Source: Epithemia pelagica
Taxonomy: Eukaryota > Protista > Bacillariophyta
NCBI GenBank assembly: GCA_946965045.2
Contig: OX337242.1
Span: 1,302,001 to 1,366,000, forward strand
DNA length: 64,000 bases
Direction of reading: 5' to 3'
Shown: piece by piece, positions 32,243 to 43,500 of the stretch
Layout: every line of letters starts with the position of its first letter
Numbering within the stretch: the first letter of the stretch is position 1
Made by a program: the position numbers and the translations under genes
The notes under the pieces: generated by a model
Database searches by the model: none
What the model was told of the DNA's origin: nothing
What the model saw: the letters and a program-made list of their open reading frames with translations, nothing else

Positions 32243-33700
32243 TCAAGCTAGCAGCTGATTGCCTCGATAAAGGCACTTGGTCGTCATCACAAAGGTAAAA
32301 ACTCTTTCATTGTATATATCGCCACGGAAAAAGTTGTCAAACGGCTCCATTGGTTCATCGCCATAATTTTGGAAATTCAGTACTACAAATTCCGCATTTC
32401 CAATCCGATAGTATGGCGGTGCCACATGCTTCGACGAGTCATGGTAACCTTCCCAATAGAACCTTGAGATGTGCTCGTCGAGTTTCTTCCGTTCAGTCGC
32501 GGTGTTCGAAGTAGTCAAAGCGCATTCAACATAACTTCCAACAGTTGTGTTGATGTAGAGGTCAGGTCTTCTCCCTGCGTTGTAGTTGACTAGTTTCGGG
32601 TTGAAGAGACGCGTATCCAAGGCGGACACGCGCGACAATGCCAAAAGCAGTTCGAACGACAAAGCGTCTTCAGTAGGCCCCCCATGGAGTTGGTATTGCT
32701 GCCATTGTATGTTTGGAAGCACAAATTTTAGAAGCTGCTGAACGCCAGGGATACCATGAGCTAAGCGATCGTGGAGAACCACGTTCCCAGTCCGAGATTT
32801 GACGTATTCATCGAACAAAAGCTGTGAAATTACGGCATTGTCTTCATCGATTAAACCGTGTTTTTTAAGTTCTGACAATGATGAAGGATCTGGATTCGTG
32901 GTGAGGAGTGCACGAAAGACCTGCAAATTAATCTCGGGCAATATGCGTTCCACCATATCAATGAACTCTTGCTGGTGACGAAAATGGTTGGAATACAGGT
33001 AATGTACTTGATTCTCTTCGGTGTCACCGGCCAGAATGGCCGGAACTAGTTGCTCTGCGAGAAACATCATGGGATAGATATGCCCCCCAACATATGATCG
33101 AATATGTTGCAGCAACAACTCGATCTGGTCTTTCTGACCTTGGGTGGTTGCATCACTAGAGAAGTATTGCACCACGTTTTCGCTAACAAGCATTTCGGGG
33201 CTCAGAAACAGACGATCAGTGGTGATCTTAGTCTTGAAGCTACCAGACATCGAACTAAATTTTGGAACCCCGGCACCGATGGTTGTAATCTTATGACCAG
33301 CGATATTCTTAAGAAGCGGAGTCCACACGCCAGCACCAGAATTGTTTTGTGTTTCGTCCACCAGAATGTAAGCTTCATGATTTGAGCTCACCAGGTCCCT
33401 GACCCCCCTTCCAGTCGCAGGCATCGAGAATTCCGCTGCGTTATCAAAGTAGTATACTAGCTTTCTTTTCGCAGTAAGAATTTGACCAATCCGCAAAAGC
33501 ACAATAGTTTTACCCGCGGCTTTGCATCCGCTAATGTGGACACTACGTTTCGGTCCTGCGGTCCTCAGGATCTCATCCAGAAGCTCACGCCTCTCAACGA
33601 GAAACGGCCCAAAGCCGACATCTTCAAAAGAAGGGTTTCTGATGAACACCTGGCGACTAAAGAGGAACTCTTGCAAGGAATCGGGGCCTTCGTACGCCAT
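32243..33700 (-). CDS. Crinkler-type P-loop NTPase + PD-(D/E)xK-like nuclease protein
   Basis: 485-aa intact, intronless ORF. Walker A ISGCKAAGKT, Walker B ILVDETQ, C-terminal RRPDLYINTTVGSYVEC...LDEHISRF resembling CR-REase motifs. Confidence 0.7.
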   Translation of the reverse strand: MAYEGPDSLQEFLFSRQVFIRNPSFEDVGFGPFLVERRELLDEILRTAGPKRSVHISGCKAAGKTIVLLRIGQILTAKRKLVYYFDNAAEFSMPATGRGVRDLVSSNHEAYILVDETQNNSGAGVWTPLLKNIAGHKITTIGAGVPKFSSMSGSFKTKITTDRLFLSPEMLVSENVVQYFSSDATTQGQKDQIELLLQHIRSYVGGHIYPMMFLAEQLVPAILAGDTEENQVHYLYSNHFRHQQEFIDMVERILPEINLQVFRALLTTNPDPSSLSELKKHGLIDEDNAVISQLLFDEYVKSRTGNVVLHDRLAHGIPGVQQLLKFVLPNIQWQQYQLHGGPTEDALSFELLLALSRVSALDTRLFNPKLVNYNAGRRPDLYINTTVGSYVECALTTSNTATERKKLDEHISRFYWEGYHDSSKHVAPPYYRIGNAEFVVLNFQNYGDEPMEPFDNFFRGDIYNERVFTFVMTTKCLYRGNQLLA

Positions 33701-33820
33701 GGTTGCGATTGCAATTAATACTGGACGACATTTTTTTTGTACAAGTTAGTGGTTCGTGTACAGCTGTACCAGTACCCTGTAGCTCCTGCTTTTGGGTTCG
33801 TCACGGTAGCTCTAGTAATT

Positions 33821-33917
33821 CCGTTTAGCGCCTTTCTTCCGTTTAGCGCCTTTCTTCCGTTTAGCTCCGATCTGCCGTTTAGCTCCGATCTGCCGTTTAG
33901 CTCCAATCTTCCGTTTT
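33821..33917. repeat. 18-bp minisatellite, about 5 copies (ccgtttagc-core)
   Basis: ccgtttagcgcctttctt x2, ccgtttagctccgatctg x2, ccgtttagctccaatctt, then a partial copy. Confidence 0.9.
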
Positions 33918-34308
33918 GAGTTTTCAGCTTATCCTCATTATTTGGCTAGCTTCATCGTAGCTAATCCTATGTTGTGTGAATGTCGTTTGTCTCCATCTCA
34001 TTTTTTCATTCTATCAGTGCATTGGTTTGTTGTGTCACATAGCAGTGCATAGCACACGAAGGGCTGAGGATTGAGGATGCACACCGATCACAATTAGCAA
34101 TTAGCTACGTAGATAAAGAATAACATTGCCCTAAATCAATGAACATGGATCACACTCAATCGTAATCTTGATAGTTTCTATTATCTTATTCTAGCTAGCT
34201 TAGCAGTTTGGTTCCACATCACGGTGGGTTGGACGATTTGGGATTTTGGTTTGCCATTTGCCATCCAATTCTCGACCCAGAACGCAAAACGCAATTTCGC
34301 GGTGTTCC

Positions 34309-36307
34309 AACCATCTCTTGTCGTTGCGAGATACGAATAGGAACCACCATCGCTTGCTGTCGATGTACTATATAGAAAGCTGCACATTCCTATAATTTAT
34401 CTGTTGGTACCGTCGCGAATGCCAATTGACGGCCAAGAAGGGCGAACAAGAGTGTTTCTCATCACACAAAGTGTCGCCTCGCCATCCAAGCCGCCCGCAG
34501 CTTTTTTTTGTGGAAGAACTAATTTGAGAACCGGTCTGTCGCTGGGGAACGAAACAAGACACAAGAAGGACTCTACCAGCCTTGGACTTCACTCCCACTC
34601 ACACGCAAAAACGACAGGGAACCCATCCTCCTCTCTCAGCCTCTATTGGATAGACAGTTGAATCCACAGACTTGATAGGCAGCATGCCCGTTTCATCTCG
34701 TCGCTTGTTGCCTCGGCGGTTGCTGCGAAGCCGCAGTGGAGAAATGCTGTGTCACCACGATCCTACTGGAACGTGTGGTGGGGAATCCAGCACCTTTAGT
34801 ATCGCGGACACGGCCAAGTCCAAACGGCACACAACAACATCTCCGGAAACCACCACCACCAAGACTACGACTGCCCTTGCGGAACCCAAACATGTGACCT
34901 TTAGTTCGATTGAATTTCGTTTGTACCAAGTTGTTTTGGGGGATCATCCCTGTTGTCATTCCGGCTGTCCATTGACATTGGGCTGGCAGTACTCGCCTGG
35001 ACCAAGCTTTAGCTCCATCGAGGCCTATGAGGCCCATCGCAGTGGCGGCGCGCCCGATCGACGAACCTTGCATACCACCACATGCGACGAACGACACCAT
35101 CGCTTGCTCGAAACACAAACGTTGGGGGAACTTCGTCGGGCCAGTCGTATGCAACAACGACATCGTGATCGACGAATCCAAAAAGCCGAACAACAAGTCT
35201 TTTTTCATCCCGCACGAGACGACGAGGCGGATGTGTAGTGTGGTGCATAGACAGTGACTGTTCTACGTGTATAACAGTGTTATAGATGATGACAAACAAT
35301 TGTGTGCGTAATTGTACTTGAATGACACATGGGGAGTACTCTGCAAGAAGAGTTCATCTGCCTAGTAGATTCTTGAAACACAGCGCCGATGTCCATACCA
35401 TAAGAATAAACAATGAGTGGGTACCAGAACGGATCTTTCGGAAGCCTTCTCGAATCGGTTGTTTTCGGGTCTATCAGGCCCTGCAAAAGCCATACACACA
35501 TTACCGTGTGCAATCTCTTCCACCACATGCCGAATTTCTGTTCCTTGTTCACATGAATAAGCAGCTGACCGTCTGTTTGTCCCTTGGTGTCCTGCGATGT
35601 GTTTTGAGGAGAGGATTTGTTCCTTGCCACATGTTCATTATGCAGAAGCAAAGGGATACGAACCTACCCTTGCTCCCTGATCAATCCAATCGAATTTTGG
35701 CTTTCCCCAGTTTCCACGTTCGTGCTTCGCCATTCGAGTCATTGTTCCCCGTGCTGGCCAAGGTGCACGTTGGCCCCGTCGAACTGTGCAAGGCTTCGGT
35801 AAGTGACATTTTGGACTTGTTGGACGATGCCATGTGACTAAATTGATGATAGGTCGTGGAATGAGAAGTCACCAACCAGGCAAACATGCAGAGCGAGGAC
35901 GATTGAAGGACGGCAGCTCCCGAAAAGACGGCTGGATGTCGAAGGTAATACGGAATAAAGCTGCAACACCAACTTAGCAGAGGCAAGGAAATGAGCCATC
36001 CGGCTCCCAACACGGCGACCGTGCCATAAAAGGACTGCAAATGCCGGACCGTGCACTTGTTGCGTGTTTGTACGGTCGCAACAACAAGCAACAGAGCACA
36101 GAGAAGACGAAAGATCATGAGAATCTGACCGGGCAAATGTTCCAAATCATGGTACGATTCAAAGTCGTCATTGTAGGTGCGGCCCCACTGGGCCAAAATC
36201 ACATGAAAACCAAGAATGGTGCAAGTCACCACGGCCGTCGATTTCTTGGGTTTGACCAAATCCGTCACAAGCTTTTGGACGACGGATTCATTGGGATTGA
36301 CGGTCAC
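34309..36307. repeat. Segmental duplication, copy 2 (likely the source copy)
   Basis: Colinear with 29767-31780. Here the GPR180-like gene continues intact beyond the breakpoint. Confidence 0.95.
34684..35238 (+). CDS. Diatom-type uncharacterised family protein, duplicate 2
   Basis: Same LGDHPCCHSGCPLTLGW motif; differs from copy 1 by short indels in the Thr tract and a few substitutions. Confidence 0.7.
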   Translation: MPVSSRRLLPRRLLRSRSGEMLCHHDPTGTCGGESSTFSIADTAKSKRHTTTSPETTTTKTTTALAEPKHVTFSSIEFRLYQVVLGDHPCCHSGCPLTLGWQYSPGPSFSSIEAYEAHRSGGAPDRRTLHTTTCDERHHRLLETQTLGELRRASRMQQRHRDRRIQKAEQQVFFHPARDDEADV

Positions 36308-37316
36308 CACATCCGAGGGCAAGGTCCAACCGGCTCCAATCAAGAGCAAAAACAAGACAAGGGCAGCATCGCAGAGCGCCTCACAATGCGCCGCCAAGGC
36401 ATCAATCGCATAACTCCCCACCCCATTCTTATCGTAGATTCGGATATGGACAATTTCCAAAAAGGACGACCCAATATCCAAACTGGCCGCCAACAAGACA
36501 ATCAAGACAGCCGCATGGACGGAATTTTTGCGGGCCATGTTAGCAACAATGGTGGACATTAAATAGGCCGCCACCACAGAGGAAAGAACCATGGTGAGCA
36601 TGTGCAAATTGGTCAAGCCCAATTCATCCGCACTCAAGTGTGTTTCTTTCGGACTCTTGCCCGGTCGTATGGGTGCCATGTTGACAACTTTCAATTCATA
36701 ATTCACTGGAGGGATTTGACCGTCTCGTTGATAGCCGTATTCCAAACTGCAATCGTCAATGACCACATACCAGTCTGAGGAAAAAGAGAACGAGGCAGAA
36801 ACACGAGGAAGAGTCACATTAGAGACGGATCCGTCAGTCATGTGTACCAATAGTAATCAGAGAGAAATCGTCGAACGTACAATGAGGTCGACTCGTGGCT
36901 TTGGAATTGCTGTCTGAATTGACAATTTCCATTTCAATCGGCTTGGTTCTCCATTGTCCACTTCGGTATTCAAAGGAGACCGTATTGGATTGACGGGCCA
37001 CCAACACCTTGTCCGAACAAGTCAAGGCCTTTTGAAATTGGGGCCATTCCACATCACGAAACAAGTGCAATCGCAAATTCTGATCTTGCTCGTACATGGT
37101 CGTTCCCGAGGTGAAATTCACCGTCAATTGGCCTCCGGTTGGAACCACGGCAAAGCTCGTCAAGACAATTTCGGATTTTTCGCCCGATAACCGAAACTTT
37201 CCCGAGACCTTCTTGGCATACGTCGGAACCGACAAAAGTGTGAACCACTGCAAGAACAGTAGTGATAGTAGAGAGGGACGCAACAACATGTTGACAAAAC
37301 GGTGACTTTGTGCCAT
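35681..37316 (-). CDS. GPR180/TMEM145-like 7-TM protein; exons 36881-37316 and 35681-36774
   Basis: Signal peptide from ATG 37316. GT-AG intron 36775-36880 restores RPHYWYVVIDDC. Followed by seven hydrophobic helices, LIGAGWTL and YHDLEHLPG. Confidence 0.8.
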
Positions 37317-37811
37317 TGTCAAACAACCTAATAAATGGATGAACCTAATAAATGGATGAATGACCCTTTGGGAAGAAAAATTCGCTGGGTTTGTTTTCTG
37401 TAACCCAACCTATGAGCGATCCAAAAGCGATACAGTGCTGTCCCTTGTATCAGCCCAATCTCTATCTGCATGTCTACCTCTACCTTTGTTTGTGCGAAGG
37501 GGTAGCGGTGCGTTGCTTACGTCTGAAACAATCCAGAGTCTCGTGCTTGAGTTGGATCAATGAGTGAATGCTGCCATGGTGCGAATCATGTTACAGTGTT
37601 CTGTATCTTGAAAAACAAAAGGACAAGAACCAACGATGCGATTCGTATGCTTGAATTGTGAGCAGGAGATGGACTTCTGTGCCATGAGGGACCTCTTGAT
37701 TCGTATATGGGCTGACACGAACAAGAAAAGAGAAGTTTGGAGACTATATCTACCAACAACCGTTTAATGCTCCTATTTTCAAATCACTTTAACGTTCATA
37801 CCTATACTCGA

Positions 37812-39068
37812 CTACTCGTATGCCGAAAGAAATGGTTCTTCTTTTGCCAAGAGAATCCTTGGGACTTCAAAGTTGACAAAGGCATAATATCCTTGCCCAT
37901 CCGAACCCCTCAAGAACCCAGTGTGCGTCACTTGCTCATTGAAGTAGTATCGTTCGCCAAGGACTTCTCCTGTCTTGAGATCTTTCACGGTCATGTTGGG
38001 ATTGTTGGCACGGGTATCCTCCAAATCAATCTCGAAATGCCGACAGTTTCCGTCGGGTTGTTGAAAGAGAATCAATCGAATCGGTGCCGGGTCAACTCCT
38101 TCCTTTACATATGTATTGGAAAAACTCAGACTCACTTCTGGATCACGAATGGCTTCGGCAAATTTTTCCTTTCGCATAAAGGCAGTGGAAACTTGGTAAT
38201 AGAACAGCACGGCAGACATGAGAAAGCCTCGCTTCATGATTTTGTTCACGGCCGTCTCTGAGGCGGTGGAGTATGCTGGACAGAGGATGATTCCCTTGTC
38301 TGTGACATCAATGTTATCCGCCAGCCAGACGTTCCCATCTCCGTCGTTGCCTTTCCATGTCACTTTGGGAGCGCTACTGGAACCCTGCAAGTCTTGCGTG
38401 AGGACATTGTACAATTGTGCGAGCCACAGTTTATGGTCCACAACTTCGACACCCGCAAGGGTTCGGAGTCCCTTGGCCTGCGTGGTAATCTCCGGTGTAT
38501 TAGGATCACTGACATCCACCTTGAATACCACCCCGCGTGCACTGTTGGAGAATTGGTACACACACATGACGGACGTAAAGGTTCCACCCACGACATAGAG
38601 GGTAGTCTCATTGTTGGGATCGAAACAAACATCATTGGGGGATGGCAAGTCCCCCACTTCCCAGAGAGCAGTAATGGGTTGCGGGGAACCACCTTGTTGA
38701 TCCAAAATCTTGGATAGATCAACCGCCATGATGGAGTTACGGTTGAACGCACAGAGGTACCACACGCCCGAGCTCGTCAAGGCGCTCCCAAAGACTGTCA
38801 CGTCCGTGGATCCGTCAGCCGTCTGGAGAGGCCCAGCGATATGCTTCGCCTGCGTCATACCGGGAGAAATTTCGTACAAATGTGTCTCTTCGGTTCCATT
38901 GATGACTCGCTGTACTGGAACAAAGCCAACATGGGGTCGGAACGAGCTGTTGGAACTCACACTTTCCATAAAGATGACATCCTCGGGAAACTCGACGAAC
39001 GAATATCCACAGTCGCTGTCTTTGAGCTTCACAGGCGCTACGGTAGCGGGACTAGAGACTTCTGGCAT
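37812..39068 (-). CDS. Six-bladed beta-propeller of the paraoxonase / SMP-30 / strictosidine-synthase-like group
   Basis: 418-aa ATG ORF with PSPNDVCF, LAGVEV and WLADNIDV motifs (PND and DN calcium-ligand positions). Confidence 0.6.
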   Translation of the reverse strand: MPEVSSPATVAPVKLKDSDCGYSFVEFPEDVIFMESVSSNSSFRPHVGFVPVQRVINGTEETHLYEISPGMTQAKHIAGPLQTADGSTDVTVFGSALTSSGVWYLCAFNRNSIMAVDLSKILDQQGGSPQPITALWEVGDLPSPNDVCFDPNNETTLYVVGGTFTSVMCVYQFSNSARGVVFKVDVSDPNTPEITTQAKGLRTLAGVEVVDHKLWLAQLYNVLTQDLQGSSSAPKVTWKGNDGDGNVWLADNIDVTDKGIILCPAYSTASETAVNKIMKRGFLMSAVLFYYQVSTAFMRKEKFAEAIRDPEVSLSFSNTYVKEGVDPAPIRLILFQQPDGNCRHFEIDLEDTRANNPNMTVKDLKTGEVLGERYYFNEQVTHTGFLRGSDGQGYYAFVNFEVPRILLAKEEPFLSAYE

Positions 39069-39632
39069 ACTGCTATTGTAATGGCAAGAAGCGGGTATGG
39101 TACGTCGTTGGACGCCGCAAGTGACACGATCTTTGCTGTTATCAAGGAAAAGATTCGTTTGTTCGAAGGTTACTCGTAAACCCCCAAAATGGTATCCTCG
39201 GTTCTATATCATACCCCCAAGAAGCCGGGGTGAGCTTTCGGTCGCGCGTGATCAACCTTACGGAGCACAAGACTCAGGCTGACCCTTAAGCTGGGATCTG
39301 TAATCGACCTTATTTCGCCTAGAGTACTAGTATCGAGTACAGCCCTAATGTGAGAGTACGAGTATCGAGTACCTACTTCTGTACTCATACATGTTCGAGT
39401 ACGAGTACCCAGCCACTCCTGACTGTACGAGTACGAGTATCAATGATTACTCGTCCATCGAATGTATAGAGAGTACGAGTATCGAGTATATACTCGCAAG
39501 TATTCCACTATACTCGAGTATTACTTGCACGAATCCCGCTATGGTAGTCACGAGTCGTACTACGTGCTAGGCCGGCTAGTTTTTCATTTTAGCCGTGCCG
39601 ATTTGTCCCCACTTTTTATGCTCTTTTTCCTT

Positions 39633-39850
39633 CACATGCAATTCGTCCCCACTTTTCTCGCTCTCTGCTTCATCCTATTTTGTCCTCACTTTTCCTGCTC
39701 TTTCCTTCACATGCAATTCGTCCCCACTTTTCTCGCTCTCTGCTTCATCCTATTTTGTCCTCACTTTTCCTGCTCTTTCCTTCACATGCACTTCGTCCCC
39801 ACTTTTCTTTCTATCCTTTTCATCGCCATTTGTCCCCACCTAGCCTGCTC
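39633..39850. repeat. 75-bp pyrimidine-rich tandem repeat (about 3 copies) inside the hAT-like element
   Basis: cacatgca(a/c)ttcgtccccacttt starts at 39633, 39708 and 39783. Confidence 0.85.
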
Positions 39851-40202
39851 CTTTTGTCACTCAGGGATCAGGGAATCTACGTACAAGCCACTTTTCACAA
39901 CTAAACATCTACCTAAAATCCAAGTATATCGTCTCCTTCTTACAACATGATCCACCTCCTCTCATTTACAGCTAGGTTTACGTCCTCTTCATTGTTTTGG
40001 GTCTTGGGAGAAACCAGAGTGTTACAGGGCATAGCATTGTTCAATACATTGTTGCGACGAGGTCATGTGGACGTGAGTCTTTATTGACAATCCATGTCAA
40101 ATGTCAAGGCAAGTTCTTCCATGGAAGAGGTGGAGAGATCTTGGGTGGGGTATCGCAACTAAGTTTCCACTCAAGTTTGATTCCGCTGAAGAACCATCAA
40201 GG

Positions 40203-40550
40203 CCACCATTTTGTGGGTCCATCAAAGGAGCCACCGATGTGCTTGGTGCTGTACTACTGGGAACTGGGTGTCGGGACAGGTAAGAGTGTCCTGCATGGTA
40301 TCAGTGAATGGTGTTGGTTGGTCAGGTCTACAGTTGTTTTTGTTGGTCACCTTTTGTGGGTCCATCGAAGGAGCCGCCGATGTGCTTGTTGTACCACTGG
40401 GTACACAGGTACTCGTGCTGAGCGTGTCCTGCATGGTATCAGTGAATAATGGAGGAGTGCAGTGTTGGTTGGTCTACAGTTGCTTCTCTTGGCCACCTTC
40501 TGTGGGTGCATCAATGGAGCCGCCAATGTGCTTGGTGTACCACTGCTGAT
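40203..40550. repeat. Degenerate ~146-bp repeat (3 copies) inside the hAT-like element
   Basis: tgtgggt(c/g)catc.a.ggagcc.cc.atgtgcttg recurs near 40203, 40349 and 40496. Confidence 0.8.
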
Positions 40551-43500
40551 GCACCATCCATATCGTCTACAGCTAGATTGATCTCCTCTTCATCTTCGCT
40601 AATAGAACTCTTCGGGTTCTCCTCATCTGCCGAGTCTAGAGTCATGGTTGGGCCGGCATCATCTTCAGTTTCTGCCACTTTATATTTGGCATCAAAGGGT
40701 GTCTACTGGGCAAGATATCACATGATCGTCGTTTCTGGGTGGGCTGTCAGTACTGGCGAGGCCGCAGCGGGCAATGTGGCCACCACAAAGGCGAGCGTAT
40801 GTGACACGACAGTCACCGAAGGCCACACTAGCTACACCATGGACGATGAGACTGTTGTTGTTGTCTCATTGGAATCCACACCAACAAACGGTGTGTACAA
40901 GCACAGTGCCAATGCCAGGAACAGGGCGAGTGTCATACTCAAGAAGGATCCCCACACATGACTACGGGCCAATCCACCTCATCCAGTCTGGGGTTGTTGG
41001 TATTGTTGGTATTGTTTGTGTGGATGGCATGGAGGAGGTGGTTGTTGTCGCATTCGTTGTTGGTGGCGGCAAGCCATGGGGCTTTAAGTGATGATGAGCA
41101 TGATTGGTGTGATTGGAAGTGTTGTGGCGTGAAGGTGAAAAGCGAGACGAAGCAGGACCACCAGCACCACCATTGGTATGATGATTGTGATGAGTGGTGG
41201 AACAGTTGGAGGATCCATCGTGTGGTGGCAAAACATGATTGGGAGATTGGTGCGCGGATGGTGGCGGCACTCGTTCCGGATTTTCAGTTTCAGGATGAGG
41301 AGGAGCGGTTCCAACGGTCCAACAACAACAATATTCCCGTCGTCCGGCTGGGACTTGTTCCAGAACCAAACTGGTCCAGGGGACCACACATCCAAGAAGG
41401 CCATGGCCGCCACTGCGAACCACGGAATGCCCAAGGGACGACGCCACCAGTACAATAACGAGGAGGATGCTGTTGCCGTGGCAGTAATGCCGGCGCCAAA
41501 GCGAGACGTCGTGGCGGGTACCATTCAGTCTCCTCCACCTCAAACAAAGAACCCAGGGGTCGTTGTTGTGTGGCAGTATTGTTTGTGGAGGAATCGTCGT
41601 CGTAGCCCAGACCCCAGAGGGGACGACGACGACGACGAGGCCCAGGGAGGAGGACTGCTATCCAGATAGTCCTTGCTGGTACATGCCAGTTGTCCGTCTG
41701 CTTGTTGATGACAAGCTGCCGCAAACTAGGGATGAACCACTGGAGCAGATCCTCCCACGGCTCCTTGACCAAAGAAACTCATAGAAAAGGTTGTTGTAGT
41801 TGTTGAAAACCAAAACTCATTTTCAAACCACAAGGACATTTGCTCCCATAGTAATGATGGAGGAGAATGAGGCATTGATTGTCTTGCCATTCTTGTGAGT
41901 GGCCCAATACCGGATTGTCCCAAATCTTGAATCCTTTTGTGACTGCTGAGACAAGACCATTGAGCCATGGGTTTGGACAATCCCACACAGTCAGCGAGTT
42001 GACAAATGATGGTAAATGGAGTAGAGCGATGCATCAAATCTTCAGTCCTCATGACCATAGAGTCAAAAATGGAATTGGTTGGCCTGGCCAGCAATCGACC
42101 TTGGGCCCACTCATGAAACTTGGTGATTCAATGAACAGAAATTGGGCAAGAGTTTGCAAATCACCGCAGGTTGAAATTGAATCCATTCCAGGGATCGTAA
42201 GTGTGTTGTTCTTCATTGAATCGGCTGGAACAGACGACTCTGTCCGACAAACAGAAAGGCTATGGATGATGGACGAGGTAGGATAGAGGATGGTCGATGA
42301 TCGATGGTTGATGGTTGATGGTTGATGGTTGATGGTCGATGGTCGAGGGTTCATGAGTGATGATACAAAAGAAATAGGTGCAAATGGGGGGACAAACCAT
42401 GCGCATAGAAAATACTCGAGTACGATGAAGTAACACTCGAGTATTACTCGGGTATTGGATGTAGCTCGAGTACGAGTAGAGAGTATGTACTTGCCGAACT
42501 ACGAATCCATGAGTACGAGTACACGAGTAATACTCGACAAGAAAGTAAGAGTATCGAGTAATTACTTGTATGTCAAAATTGGAGGAAGTACGAGTATTTT
42601 AGCACCAATACTCGAGTATTACTCGAGTATTATGCTCGGTACTCGTACTCGATTACAGATCCCAGCCCTTAAGCCTCTACGAAACGAAAGTTGAGAGCTG
42701 ACATTTCGTTTTGGCGGGATTTTGCTTCCTTACGCGTCTGCGAAACGAAAACTAGAACCGCGCCTTGTCCCCCATTCATCCCCCATTTCCCCCCCATTTT
42801 CACTTGAATAAATTGAATACTAAAATAATTCTCATAGAATTGTGACGTACACAGGACGCACCGACCGTTGGAGCTGAACGCCAGTCCATCAATACTCTTG
42901 AGCGTTATGAACAACTTCACATTCATACATTGTCTAAACGATGTGCACATCTGAAACGCCTTCTACTTTCGTTGGCCTACGAAAGTTGGCGCTAACTTTC
43001 GTAGCCCCGAAAGCTGAAAAGCAAGAGTACCCGGATATAAGAGGTAAAATGATGACGTGTCAGCTTTCAACTTTTGTTTCGTAGAGGCTTAAGGGTCAGC
43101 CTCAGTGTCGTCCGTGTAGATGCCTTATGGACCTGAGGTTAAGTTTGTCTCAATTACCTCCCAAAAATGAGCATGCTACGGCCATTTTTGGAAGACCTTT
43201 GCTGTTTGAAGGAATATCTTACGAACGCTACAATCAAACTCAGTGAAACTTCGCCCAACCCTCAGTTGAGAGATGATGGATCTTCTACTTTGCGTAGAAG
43301 ACCCACAATCAACTGAGGGTTGGATGAAGACAGGTACCGTCATGGTGCAAGTGATGGATGAGAAGCTTTTTTCTGCAGGTTCCAGCACATTTCGCATGTG
43401 AATTTGACGTACGGGCGTCAGACCGAGAAGACACCAAATCGGTGCACCCAGCCCTTAGTCTAGTAGGGCGTAGTCATTATATTTCCTCCTTTTAAGCCGG

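Larger units (their letters stand above)
39291..42665. mobile_element. Non-autonomous hAT-like TIR element (3375 bp)
   Basis: Perfect 17-bp TIRs CTGGGATCTGTAATCGA (39291-39307 and 42649-42665). Perfect 8-bp TSD CCCTTAAG (39283-39290 and 42666-42673). Dense subterminal GAGTAC/GTACTC motifs at both ends; no transposase ORF seen. Confidence 0.88.
39277..43101. mobile_element. PIF/Harbinger-like MITE (442 bp net) whose left TIR is split by a nested insertion
   Basis: Removing 39291-42673 rebuilds ggctgacccttaagcctctacgaaacgaaagttgagagctgaca, the near-perfect reverse complement of the right end at ~43058-43101. 3-bp TSD TCA at 39274-39276 and 43102-43104; termini start GG. Confidence 0.85.

Noticed and set aside
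39462-39950. 162-aa ORF with repeated FLHMQFVPTF
   Set aside because: It arises from subterminal motifs and the 75-bp repeat of the hAT-like element.
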